A DNA stretch of 63,289 bases, counting the filler, from Choristocarpus tenellus KU-1152 (Eukaryota > Protista > Phaeophyceae): the NCBI GenBank assembly GCA_964200185.2. It is 13 parts of 13 records of this genome, joined end to end, with 100 filler letters (N's around TTAATTAATTAA, not from the genome) between each part and the next. Parts side by side here need not be neighbours in the genome. Positions count along the whole stretch, not along the records: positions 10,924 to 14,768 come from CAXNAD020017606.1; positions 14,869 to 21,596 come from CAXNAD020007476.1; positions 21,697 to 29,054 come from CAXNAD020006276.1; 10 more parts are not named here. One strand, given 5' to 3'. A program made the position numbers and the translations under genes. Below the pieces are notes generated by a model. That model was given only the letters and a program-made list of their open reading frames with translations. It was not told the origin of the DNA and searched no databases. Positions 12,269-24,699 of this stretch are shown piece after piece. The first letter of the stretch is position 1; every line of letters starts with the position of its first letter.

Positions 12269-14449
12269 TCAGCTCCCGGAGGGCCCCGCTTGTTGGTCGA
12301 CAGATGAAACCTTCTGCAGAAGTTGGGCCACCTCCCTCTTCCTCCTCTCGTAGTGGGACTTGACCCAGAGGTCGTGCATGTTACAATTCTCATATGCGAG
12401 CCTGTTCATTTCCCTAGCAGCCCGTGCATCATTCACGTAACGTCCGGAATTCAGAGCAGTTTTGCAACAATCAATAAGTGCGGTGCCGAAAAAGACGCTG
12501 ACAGTATATTTTACAATTGAGGGGCGCATGGCGACGTATGGGTGCACAGGAGATACGGGAAAGGCAAAAAAAAAACCGCTGCAACTGCACCATTTACCAA
12601 CCTTTGGAGCTCTGGTGTCCACTTCTCTTTGGGCACAATCTGCCTCGTGCGCAAGACAACCATCTCAGACATGTGTGCGTCCGATTCGATGTCCTTGTGG
12701 CCCCTCACCGTACGAGCCTTCCCGTAGAACGACTTGTACCTGCTAAAAGAGAATTATCATGAAGGATGTCAACGAGAATGATGTGCAGGTAGTGATGAGG
12801 CAAGGGTCGCCACTGCAGCACATATTATTCATGGATCGATTGTCGTAGTTCATAAAAGATAAGAGCGCACATACACAAGAAATACACACTGTTCGTAGAA
12901 TTAACACAATACTACGAAGGGTTCTTCGTTCGACACAACAATGGCCGACTACATTCTTCATCGCAGGAGACACTTATTTAACGTTCCTGTGCAATGTGCT
13001 GCGACCTGCACGCATTGCGCTTACTGTTGTCTACACGATAAATCACAGTGGCGGTTTAACTTGCCTAGAAAGCAGATGGATGCATAGCCCCTGCTTGAGA
13101 GAAGTGAAGCCGGCAAACTCCTCGCGACTCAGATAGTTCAGTGTGACTGCGTTGCGGTCGACCTGTGGTGACGAGGTCTCACACACTTCCTTCAGTACTC
13201 AAAGCACTCTGGTCCAAGAGACTTTACGCCTTACTGCCAGTTTCGTAGAGTTGTTTTCGCCGGGGGATTTACGCCCACTTTCGCGATGGGCAGAGAACGG
13301 AAAATATTATGCACCCAGCCAGCAAGGATGAGGCATCGCTATTACCACGCCAACCGGGTATGTATGTGGGGGGGGGGGTTCAAGCAACACCGTCGATAAA
13401 ACAATCAAGGACGCTTTTTATTGTGTATGTGTGTGGTTAACCACACATACATACTACATGGTCACCCGAAAATCAATACGTTGGTTGACAGGGTTCCTAT
13501 ACGTGGGATAACTATATCAACTTAGGTTGGATAGGAGAACACAGAGAGATTTCACAACTTTTGTAACCCAACTAGAAGAGGAGTAGAGCGCAGCCATCCC
13601 ACCAACGTTGACAACTCCCTCACCTTTTTGTAAATTTTGCGGATCTCTACTAGAGACACTTCGTTTTTCTTCGTCTGTCGCTTGATAACTTCTTCAAGCA
13701 CGTGCTGAAAATATATCTTATCGTACAGTGTGCGCTTAAACACACTCTCGGTCGCGTCGTTTAATGCTATAAGCGTGGCGGTGCAGAGGGCGAATGGGAC
13801 AAGGGTTAGGTGGGGAGCGGTCGCGGGACACACGGGGCATGCAGTACACAGCAACATGTTGCTGTGGACAGAAAGAGACCACGAGGGATAAAAAAGATGA
13901 ACAACGAAAAGATCCACAATGGGCTGACTGACGATGAATCAAGCAAAGGAAACTCGGCAACATCTTCGTATATCAGAATAGTCATCAGGCGGTCTTGGAA
14001 CAACGAAAACACTCAACTTACTTTGTTGCATAGTTGATCAGAATGGTCAGGCGATCATGGAACAACGAAAACACTCAACTTACTTTGTTGCTTAGTTGAT
14101 CAGAATGGTCTGGCGATCATTGAACAACGTGATGATTCTCAACTTACTTTGTTGCTTTGTTGCTTTGTTGCTTTGTTCATCAGATTAGTTATCAGGCGAT
14201 CATGGAACAACGAAAGCACTCCATCACCCACCGTTGGCAATTAGCCTCTCATCTGCTTGGTTGAACTCCATATAGACCCGCATCATGAAAGCACGTTCGG
14301 GATCAAACTCTCTCTTCAGCACCGTTATTCTATGGTTTCCGTCCAGTGCAGGAGAAAAGGAGCCATCAAATCCTGTGTACGCCAGATAGTCTAAGTCACA
14401 ACGCAGGTAGCCCTGTTTAGATGGGTATTGCGTTTTAAGCTGAAGTCAC
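12269..14449 (-). pseudogene. Multi-exon ParB/Srx-like (DGNHR) gene with possible HTH, decayed
   Basis: Exons 14449-14232, 13766-13624, about 13280-13065, 12739-12602 and about 12499-12269 join in consistent phases, except the exon 3 acceptor, which is uncertain. Spliced product includes PALDGNHRITVLK...FMMRVYMEFNQADERLIANALNDATESVFKRTLYDK. In-frame TGA/TAA and one frameshift. Confidence 0.6.
13972..14222. repeat. About 62-bp tandem repeat (~4 copies) inside an intron
   Basis: Unit gatcagaatggtcaggcgatcatggaacaacgaaaacactcaacttactttgttgcttagtt; unit starts at 14036 and 14098. Confidence 0.9.
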
Positions 14450-14868
14450 CTGGGAGATGGGCAAGGAGGGGGTTGTTAGATTGTTGGGATACTTCCCTAG
14501 CTCCTCACTCTGGGGTGCAGGAATAGGTTTGAGATCCAGGAAGGCAGTAGTACAAACATAGACAGTAGTAAAGTAGGAAATTAACATTTTTCACTTTTGT
14601 GACAACTGTTACTTCATTAGGGTTTTTTCAGACATGTGATAGTTTTCATTAGTTTTTACCCTGGCACATCTGCAAAGGGTCAGAGGGCATAATAATATTA
14701 TACAGTACCTACTGTGAATCGTGTGATTCTGTGACGGCATGGTTCACTCAGGCAAGGGTGGCGAAGAGNNNNNNNNNNNNNNNNNNNNNNNNNNNNNNNN
14801 NNNNNNNNNNNNTTAATTAATTAANNNNNNNNNNNNNNNNNNNNNNNNNNNNNNNNNNNNNNNNNNNN

Positions 14869-14956
14869 GACGTATGCAACCAAATCACCAAAAATCGTGA
14901 CATGAAAAATTGACCCCAATTGGACAGCCGCTACCCCCTCCCAGATACTTTGAGCC
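14869..14956. mobile_element. PIF/Harbinger-like MITE family A, partial
   Basis: Reverse-complement match to the left half of 54488-54664; ends CCCAGATACTTTGAGCC. Confidence 0.8.
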
Positions 14957-15549
14957 AATTGCTGGATGCACTTAGGAGTCCCATATGGCAGGAAGGCAAA
15001 CAAAACACTGAGGCAGGAACTTGAAAATTGCTGACATTTTGGTACTAATACAAAAGAAGGATATGTTTCTTCAGGAAAATGTCGAGGAGGATTGAAGGAG
15101 TTATTCCTTATAACACCAAAACCTGTGGCACACGCTGATGAAGTTGTATCTGAGCTTAGGGGTTGGCGGAAGAATGAACAAGGACACCATTTTGCCATGG
15201 TAAAAGACATGAAGAGTTCGCCTTAAATTGTTCCTTGTCTCTAGGTAATTGACGGATGAGATAGCGTGCACTGATGACATTGATGCCTGCTGCTTTGAAC
15301 TTCATATCCTTTTTTGCATTCTCATTTCACTCCTTGTGCTTCCCCTCATCATCTCATTTCACACCCTTCTCAAACCTGACGAATTTGCAATCAATCTGCA
15401 TGTTGCTCCACAAAAAATATTTCTTCAAGCAATAAACACACACAAGAAACACACACACATTATTTGTAAGCACATACTCAAGCATGGTGGGGATCAAAGA
15501 CGATTTTGTGCCCAGATGAAGGAAATCGCCTTTTGTCGAATTACACAAT

Positions 15550-16800
15550 ACGTATCAATTCAGAAACCACTCACAGAGACAAACCCCTTGACAACACCAG
15601 CACGCCCTCTAGGATATATCGACGCCGTGCATGGGTCTACAATTCCATACGCAAACTAGGGGTGCTCTGGATGGACCTATTCCAACATCTCCGTGTGGGA
15701 TCATGAAGAACATGGGGCTCCATCCTACTCAATAACCCAGTCCCCCCACACTGCATGCACCCTCTCATCTCTATCTTCTGTTGAAAGGTCTGCCACCGTC
15801 CTGAAGGCATGCTTGCCTCACAATGCTTTCTCGTATGATAAGACTACTGCCCCAGCCCCACCAACTATCTTGACAGTGGAAGACGTTCAATCTCCACCGA
15901 CCCTGAACATCTTGCAGGCCACTACCACTACCTCCGGCGTCATATATAGACCGAGATTTCCCTTAAATACCTCGTCACTTGGTAGAGTTTCCGAACCCAA
16001 AATTGAGAGTCCCAAACACTTCCTAGGATTTGCTGTGATGTCTTTTATATATATATTTCTGATCTGAAGACACCCTTGGTGAGCCAAGGAGTAACCCTAC
16101 CATCCACAACAACTGCCGAAATAAGTGCCACTGTCAAAGACAAGAAGATCGTACCACCACCAGGAGTGAGGGCGCTTGTCACCTCAAGGGCAGGTACAGC
16201 TATTGATTTACATAGAGATTGAACCTCCTCCCAACAAGAAGGATATGTTCTGGGCCAATGCAGACCCAGAAGAAGGTTTCTTCGCATCATCATCAATGTG
16301 AACCCTTCCCAACTGTGGCAAATACCCTATCTGCTAGTCCAGCACCGTGGAGGTATCCACCTCAAAAGAGACCACTCATCTGAACCTCAAGAGGTGCACT
16401 GTCAAGGGAGTTGCAGAGGAAGGAGACTGGTGCTCATGATAGAAGCCTACGACTGTCAACCACTTTCAATAACCTCTCCAGGAAAACCCTGGAAGCCGGG
16501 TGGAAAGATTTGTATCAACTCCGGGAGAGGCACCTGGCATTCCTCCTCATTTGTGGTATCCCTCCAGAGTCAGCATGCACTTCTTTCTTGAATCTAGGCT
16601 ACTGAGAAGCTATCTTCATATTGACAGCATGGCTTAAGCTGGAGGGCATGATATGGGGTCAGTGAGCAAGATTTTCCTTTCTTGCGCCTATAGACATGTG
16701 GGTTACTCCCAAGAATGATCATATCTGCACGGTTATGGGCTTTGGTTGCGAGGTTTTCTGTTACAGCACGCTCCAAAGCTTACCTCCATGGGATGTATAG
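15550..16800 (+). mobile_element. Highly decayed Ty1/Copia pol fragment
   Basis: Faint motifs RIYRRRAWVY (post-integrase region) and ACTSFLN..EAIFI (Copia RT D-x-x-T-A-F-L-N); many stops and frameshifts. Confidence 0.4.
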
Positions 16801-17013
16801 CTCCAGTCCACAAGCCTGCCTACAGATGACACTGATGCACGTACAGGACTCCTGATTCACAAATCGTCAAGTATGCTAGATCTCTCACTTGGATTATTCC
16901 TTTCAGAAGTATCAGTATCATCGTATGAAAAGGAACTGGTCAACGATGTCTTATCTCTATCAGGCATCATAATAACCAAATATAAAATAAATAAGTCAAG
17001 AATTACAAATATA

Positions 17014-17358
17014 CTCCCTCTGTCCCTTAAGTCTGTTCCTTCATGCATGTACCTCTTCGAGATGACCTTCGATTTCAAAACGGATTTTTGCGTTGGATTC
17101 CTCGAAATATTTTACGTTAGATGAGTAATATTTGAAAGAATATATCCCGAAAATGTTATGAAAATATGTAACAGAAAACATAAAATAATTCGGATATTCT
17201 GTTCCATATTTTAAGAACAACTACGAGGTATATATTTCAAATATGTCACATCTTACGTAAAGTTTTCCGAGGAATCCAACGCAAAAATCCGTTTTGAAAT
17301 CAGAGGTCATCCCGAAGAGGTACATACATAAAGGAACAGATATATGGGACGAAGGGAG
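17014..17358. mobile_element. Stowaway-like (Tc1/mariner) fold-back MITE, 345 bp
   Basis: TA|CTCCCTCTGTCCC ... GGGACGAAGGGAG|TA; arms complementary over more than 130 bp; TA TSD. Confidence 0.9.
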
Positions 17359-17429
17359 TATAAAATCTAGGACTTCAAGATCATAATGGCGTTTATGAAA
17401 CCACCATCAAGAAATATCGCCTGAACCAT

Positions 17430-20400
17430 TTCTTGATGGAGACAGCAGGATGGGTTGGAGGACACCGTTTCATTGTTTAGGTCACGGGATCTTCCCTTCC
17501 TTGCTGCGCACCTTCCTGAACAAGTGGTAGCACTTCCAGACCAACATGCACTCACAGTTCTAAGTTTTGGACAGAGTTGAATACTTCCATTTTAGAGCGG
17601 GAGAAGTTTCCTACTTTCTCCACCTTTTACATGAAGGCCCACACTTCATGCCCAACGTGTTTTCACATTTTTATATATTGCCTTAGGTGACATAGTTGTG
17701 CTTTCAGAGAGAGGGGTATTATTACTATCTTGCAAGCTCATGACTGAGTAGTCTCACATCAGGATCAACCCCCATTCATTGCTTTAGATATTGTATGAGG
17801 TATCTATCTCTGTACATAGTGTACTCTTGCACATGCTGTCCCATTTTTTCTTGCCATGAGTCGTTCTATATTATATACACACCCTACCTTATGTGTGCCT
17901 TTCAGATATTGGTGTGTCATCACACACGTATTATGTACCACCTGTCTTGGGGCTTCTTTCTCAACAACGTAGTCCAGGTCAGCATTTTTCTTTGGGGCGT
18001 AACCTATGATGAACATGGCTGAATTTGATGTGCCCCTCAGCAAAATCCGAACATTCACAACTCGGTTCCTGATGTATCACGCCTTCAGGTTTTCTCCATG
18101 GGCAATCGACTTATTCACTGCCAGTGCGATAAGATGTATCCCTGATCCATCCTCGTCTCTACTACAATATACGACATACTGGTTTCGAATTCATGTTGTC
18201 CAACTCACTTCGTCTCCTCAATTCCAATTACTACATCATATTCGATACTATGGCTTGTGGCAGTAGGATATTTGCATCTACAATCTCGTTCGCATTATTC
18301 AAGTTCGTCGTGCGAATAATCCAGGTGGCAGTTACGACCTTGTTCCCAATCCTTGCGTAGGTGTGACCAATTCCTCATGCTATTTCCTTTACATTACAAG
18401 GTGTTGGGAAGACTCCCTCTCCTCTGTCAAGCTTGATCTTCCTTCCTCGCTCTCCTCGTATGGCCTCCATATTTGCCGTAATTTTCGCGTCATGGGGTTG
18501 GCCATCCCACAGGTTGTCGACAACCAACAACTTCCCCCCATCGTTGAAACCTAAGGTTACTCTACCATGGTAACGTTTGGTCTAAAGAGGCTTCGCCCAC
18601 TATTTTTTGGTCTAGCCTCCGCTTGTAAATCCGCGGTGTTTCCCATTGTCCTCCTCCTTCTCATACCCTCCATCCTACATGGCTAGATTATATTGGGGAT
18701 AGTTTCTGAGAAATGGTTCTTCGACTTGTGAAATCGGAATCTTCCCAGAGCCCCAAACAAAGCTCTGGGCACCCTGGAATTTGAATCAATAAACAAAGAC
18801 CACAACATTTCACCACCAGGTCAACTCATCTTGCACTTAACAGAGCAGGAACAAAACATTGAAGTGTGTTGGCCAATACTTGGCAAAAAGGTTGTCATGG
18901 AGGAAAAAGAAGCGCGTATTGGGGGTATAACACGATAGAATTCAAAGCCGGTGAGGCATTTCGCCCCATTTCGCTCGTATCATGCAAGAGCAACACATTC
19001 TGACATGAAGTTGGAATCACTTGTCTTGCCTCTCCCGCCTCAATTCTCCCCACTTTGAACTACATCATTTCCTCCTAGCCTTGCTTCCATATCAACCTAA
19101 CAAGCTCGTTGTTGTGTCACACTAAGGCTAGCCCATTCATAGTTTTGACCTACCAACATAATTTGAGAAAAGGAGGTTAACTTGATCATATCGTCCTTCT
19201 TTCGTTTGAAGGAGAAGCTCAACTTCGCACCTGCTACCACACAACATCACCCTGGCATGTATTGGGATTTTGAACTATACCAATGTCGCACTTCTCAGTT
19301 ACACCCTGCTTTGACAATGTACACCTGAAACGTATTTTCCATCATGTGCCTTATCATTTTGCTGAAGTTTGTGAGTGCACGTTGGAGTGGTACACTATAT
19401 TTTTTGAACACTTCGCCAACAAGTATCCTTCCAATCCATAAGTGCTCTCTACATACTCCAGGCTAAGCCAAGTATACTGGGAGTCGCCGCTGGGAGGACG
19501 AGATGACCTTCCTCGGAGCAGTGCTCGCTCTGCTTCTGCCACGCTCGGCATGGAGGATCATCCACCTACCCCGACGCCCCCCCCGACCACAGCGCCGACA
19601 ACTTCTCGGGCCACTCGTGGTACACATAATCAGGGGTTGTCGTAGATATTAAGGGTGTCCACGTTTCAGCATTTTGTACTCGATGTGTCACTGGTGTAAG
19701 ATATTGGTGGAAAGTCGATAAGCTCTCTCCAACTACTCCGACACGAGCAACTCTTGCAAGTATAGACGATATGTCCTGATGGAAACGAGTGAATGAAACG
19801 ATGGAAGGACGAGCATTTCTCGAAATCATTGAGTGCCGTGAAGATATACTGCCTCCTCAGAGGTGCTGTCTTTGCTGTAAGGTGTACCTCCTAGGTCACC
19901 CTCCTTTCTGTCGTATACACAATTTCGAGTTGAGCGTTCATGTGGGACGTAGGAAGAACCCCCTTCCCCACACACAATTTCCCCTCCATCCTATTTGACA
20001 TTATCTTCAAGCCTATTTTGTGGGGATTTCGTCCTGGCTAATGTGGAGATTTATTGCTTGCGAAAGTGGGGTATCAAAGTGCTCAACACCTGTGATTGGC
20101 GGGTACTGACTGGGTCATGTAACAGGTGCAGCCTTATTGCAGTGAGACATGTACCTCTGCGGGCATGGTGCTTTTGGTAGTAAGAACATCATTGGGTGTT
20201 TGACCAGTGGGCTATTGCAGTATATTGTCGACACAATTTGCGAAACAGGATGCTCACAATCTAGTACTGGCTGATACAAATCACCACTGTTGGACAATAG
20301 TGTGTTCGAGGTGACTACAAAGTGTGTACTGACCCGAGTAGGGAGGGGGTGGACAACACTGGAATTGTGGAAGTGTTGAGGTACATGAATGCATGCAGAT
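17430..20400 (-). mobile_element. Decayed Ty1/Copia LTR retrotransposon
   Basis: RT motifs YVVY...IHLIALAVN and HQYLKGTHKVGCVY. Possible LTR-end/PBS-like ccaaca-gtggt near 20290. Boundaries approximate. Confidence 0.55.
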
Positions 20401-20572
20401 CTTCCAGAACGTACTTAGTTAATTAATGTAATTCCTCTTGTACAAGCTAGGGACACGCTTATATATTGTTGAAGTGCACGGGGTGGCCTATATATCTTAA
20501 AATCTCCCTCCCCCGATATATGTTGTATCCTTTGCTAGTTGCCTGCCCTCTCCTCTCCTTCTCTCCTCCACC

Positions 20573-21084
20573 GTGCCAACCCCCAACCGCTACGTCTTCA
20601 TTGAACAGGGAAACCAGGGGGCAAGTTCGACTCAGGAGGAGGAAACTACTCGGGTGGAAGTAGAAAAGGCTCAAGGAGGGCAGGGGGATACTGGTAGAGG
20701 GACACAGAATGGCGAGATTGGCATTAGAATGGCAACAGATGATGGTTCACCGTTGGAAGGGGAAGGGGAAGGGGAAGGGGAAGGGGAAGGGGAAGGAGAA
20801 GGGGAAGGAGAAAGGGAAGGAGAAGGGGAAGGAGAAGGGGAAGGGGAAGAAGAAGGGGAAGCGGATGAGGAAGGAGGGAGGGATGGAGAGGAAGAGGGTG
20901 GTGGTCGAGGGAGGGAGCCGGAATGGGCCCTAAACCTATCGCTGACTTGGGAGGGGGCTGTTCTGGAGGATGTGGAACTACGGCACGACCTTTTAGGAAG
21001 TCTGTTGGGACTGCCGGTGGATCTCCCTTACGCTCACATTAGGAAGGCGACACTTCATATCCCCTGGTATACACTTTTCTTGGG
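20573..21084 (+). CDS. VPS13-like chorein N-terminal domain exon with (GE)n insertion
   Basis: LNLSLTWEGAVLEDVELRHDLL..LLGLPVDL..AHIRKATLHIPW matches the Chorein_N pattern. Donor GG|gtgagt; 5' boundary uncertain. Confidence 0.7.
20757..20850 (+). repeat. (GAAGGG)n hexamer encoding Glu-Gly
   Basis: Direct reading. Confidence 0.95.
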
Positions 21085-21737
21085 GTGAGTTTTTTGTTGT
21101 TGTTGGATTTTTTTTTGGTCCAATCCCTAGCCCTAACCCTAAGATTTTTTTAAAAAAAAGGGGGAAATGGGATGGGGGGGGGATTGGGAGGGAGCCTCAA
21201 GAGGGAGGAAAGGAATGAGATTGAAAAGGATTGGAAATGTTTCGGGGCTGGACGTGTCTTGCCTATGAGTTCCTTTCAGATTTGGATCTGTTGATCATTG
21301 AACAGTGAATCACGGTTGCGGTGGTTTGGCTCTCGTGAGCACGGGTGAGTGTGCAGCATGTGCCCAGGTGAGCAGTGTATATCACCTCGAGTTCGGAGCC
21401 CCCGTGGCTATCGACCACGTCACGTGTTGAATGCAAGGGTGTTGAGGGTAGCTTTCATCCCATCACCTGTTTGCACAAAAAAAAAGCTCTCATTGAACGG
21501 AAGAGTCGAAGAAGTTTTTTTTTTTTTTTATTTGACCTCTCCTCAATAGTCTCGCGATGGTCTCGTGATGTGTCCATCTAACGTGCAACAGGGTACNNNN
21601 NNNNNNNNNNNNNNNNNNNNNNNNNNNNNNNNNNNNNNNNTTAATTAATTAANNNNNNNNNNNNNNNNNNNNNNNNNNNNNNNNNNNNNNNNNNNNCCCA
21701 CAGAATCATATTTTACACATGAATAAAAAGCATATTC

Positions 21738-23017
21738 TTAACACAACTTCTCCATATCGAGGGCGGGGGGGGGGCACAGTACACCAACACCAGCACCAAC
21801 ACCAGCACCACCTGCTATATTGCGATTCCCACTCCAGCCCCTTCCACCGACTCCCATTCCTAGCTCTAACCCGTCTGCTACATGTCTTTCCAAGCTATTA
21901 TCTACCTCCGCCTGTCCAAGGTGTTGAACTTGTTGTTGCTTGACACGGTACAGCCCTTTCTGCTTCTCTACATCACAGCGCACATAGGACATGTCTAGTG
22001 GTATGTTACCAGACACCTCAATCTTCCCAGAGTCTGTATCGTCTGTATAATCAGTCTCACCATCCATGCCAGAGTCACTACCATCAGAGGATACTTCCAC
22101 GGGACTGCATGTTGCACCAGACATGCCTGACAGGCTAGAGTACACACAACCTCCCTCATCCACCCCAACCTCAGCCTGGAAGTGTCCTTGTCATTGTTCT
22201 TGGTTCTGTATATGTTGGCGCTCTTGCTGTGTTGACAAGTGTTTGCGTCCTTCTCGATGTTGCTGATTAACATAACCATTAACATAACCATCAACATAAC
22301 CACCGCTTCCATGAGGCTGTACTTCTTCAAGCTTTGTCCAGAGTTACTTCCCAGGTGCCTCTGTCTCAGATCTAGACCCAAAAGGACTACCTCCAGGACT
22401 ACTAGTATGCTCTAAATGACCAAGGGCAGAATGATGCTGGCCTGGTTTTGTCCAATAACAGAGACAAACACCAGTATGAACAAAAAATAAATACATACAA
22501 CAGCAATGTTAATAACATTACCAACAACAATAATAGTAGTAGTAACAGCATGCAGTAGCAAAAATACAATGAAATGCAAGACCTACACCATGGAATGAAA
22601 TAGCTTCAACATCTGCCATTGGAAAATGAGGTCAATAAATGCATCCTCATTGCACTGCATGACTCACCTTGCAATTCTCCCTTGCCTTCCCAAACGAGGA
22701 AATCCTCCACTTCCACCCCAATATCCTCCCCCTACCTATCCAGGTCCAAACTCACCCCTTGTCCTGACCGCAGACCTGGCCCACACTCACCGCTGCCCAT
22801 AGCCGAATCATGTCCCAACATCCCCTCCATTTGCTGTTGGTGAGCACATTGGTGCCGTTTTTGTGCCTGTGTCTGCCCAGTAGTATCACCTGAACCACCT
22901 GTGCATGTTCCCAACCCTAACCCTAACCCTAAAAAGTGGTGTGGCGTCTTGTTGCTATTGAAATTAGTCAGACTAGTTTGCTTTTCTACTTGGTTATTGT
23001 CTCCATCTCTCCTAACC
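21738..23017 (-). pseudogene. Two low-complexity exon-like segments with in-frame stops
   Basis: ctgcag acceptor at 23018, AG|gtgagt donor near 22668, second segment about 22441-21738; isolated TAG/TAA/TGA stops; no domain recognised. Confidence 0.4.
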
Positions 23018-24260
23018 TGCAGAAGATAAAAGGATAAAATGAAGATTAAAATAAAAATAAGGTTAGGGTTAGGGTTTGTGAAAGCAATAGGACCTTCTGA
23101 GGAGAACAATGCTGATCAAATCACAGAAGTCCTCCATCTCTGATACATAGAAATCCCATGTCTTTGTTAGGAGGGTTTGATAGTGTCAAGTTATAGCTGA
23201 TGGTACAAGGGAAACCTCAAATCGCATGAATGACTATAATAATTGTAACTGTCTGTGTCTTGCACGGTCAGCTGGATCTTGCAGTCTACCAAAATCATCC
23301 CCAATCCGCTTCACTATCATTAGATAGGGTATGGCAAAGGTAACGAACAGGATATAAGACGTGGATACACACTTTGTGTACTCTATCAATGGTTTACTCA
23401 TAAATCATTCAGCTCATCCTGGGGCAATTTAGTTCCACAAACTGCATCGATACTTGCCAAATGTCTAGCATTGCACAGGCCTAGGATGTACAGCACTCTA
23501 CTCAAAATCGTGAACATCCATAAACATTGATCTTACAACATCATTGCAAACACGGGCCACTCTGACCACAGCCCTAACCCTAACTCCAACCCAAAGATAC
23601 CAGTACATTATTTCATATTAAAAATAATATATGTAGGATGTATCTTATTGGTAGTAATTCAACTAGTAGATGCAGAGTGGTACATCTGCAACTATATCCA
23701 TCCACATACCACCCCCCCTCCTGTCCCTTCCCTTCCCTTCTATTGTATCTCACATCCCTTCTGGGGATATATTGCCGACATTTCAAGGGATGGGAAAATG
23801 ACAAAAAAAAAACATCAAAAAGTTTCTACCTGTACAGTCATCAAGAGATAGCTAACCCTAACCCTAAACACTGCATCATTTTGGCTGCAACAATGACCAC
23901 AGCTAACCAGCTACCCAGCTACCCAGCCAACCAGCTAGACATGGCACCTTTGTTGTGGTTAGGGTTAGGGATTCTACACACTTTGTGTGTTGCAGTGCAC
24001 AGAGGAACACCCCTCTCTTTGGGAATCCCCACAGTATACATATTTCTTGCTTTTTTACGTGCATTCTTCAAAACCTAACCCTAACTCTAACCCTATCTCT
24101 AACATGTGTGTGAAAAATAGACCTAGCCTGCCAAGGAAACATTGTACAAGTGATGGAGGAGTATAGTGTGCACTGGGGAAACACAACCTCTCATGGATCC
24201 ACCACTTTTCAATTTTTCACACTCATTTTCGAGAATCTAACCCTGATCCTAACCCTAAAC
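22913..24260. repeat. Cluster of short interstitial telomere-like (CCCTAA/TTAGGG)n motifs
   Basis: Short arrays near 22913, 23061, 23573, 23853, 23957, 24071 and 24237 in both orientations; others near 21125, 42137, 52278 and 61825. Confidence 0.8.
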
Positions 24261-24354
24261 CATGTGAAGAGTCTTGAGTGGTGGTTCCCCAAGGACAGTA
24301 GGTGCTCCCAAAGACATTGGGGGTTCCCAAAGACAGGGCAGTTCCCCTGTGCAC
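23995..24354. mobile_element. Inverted-repeat-bounded element with internal CCCTAA motifs
   Basis: gtgcacagaggaacacccctctctttgggaatcccc (23995-24030) versus ggggttcccaaagacagggcagttcccctgtgcac (24320-24354); a third arm-like copy near 24168. Confidence 0.55.
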
Positions 24355-24699
24355 CTGAGCATATTGAACCATGTGCAAAGAAAATTCAAGCAGCACAGAA
24401 TTCCATCCCCAACCCCAAAAATCCAGTCCCTCTGAAATTTGTTAAGCTTTGCTCAACTAAACAGAAATAATAGTCACTACTACTGTTATTATGTTATTGT
24501 TAACTGCAGTTGATACTATCGAATTATTCTATAATCAAAATCTGCTTAATTCTAAAAGTAAAAAGATACGAAGGCAAGTTGAACTGAAAGTGTTTTGTCT
24601 TGCTTCTCCATCACCATCTCACCTGCGGTATAGCCCTGACTCCTTTCCTACCCCTTCTTGCACATGGAGTCACTTCCACTTGAACCCCCTCCCTGTTTC

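Noticed and set aside
13972-14222. CRISPR-like periodicity
   Set aside because: The whole unit repeats with no unique spacers, there are no cas genes, and the context is a eukaryotic intron.
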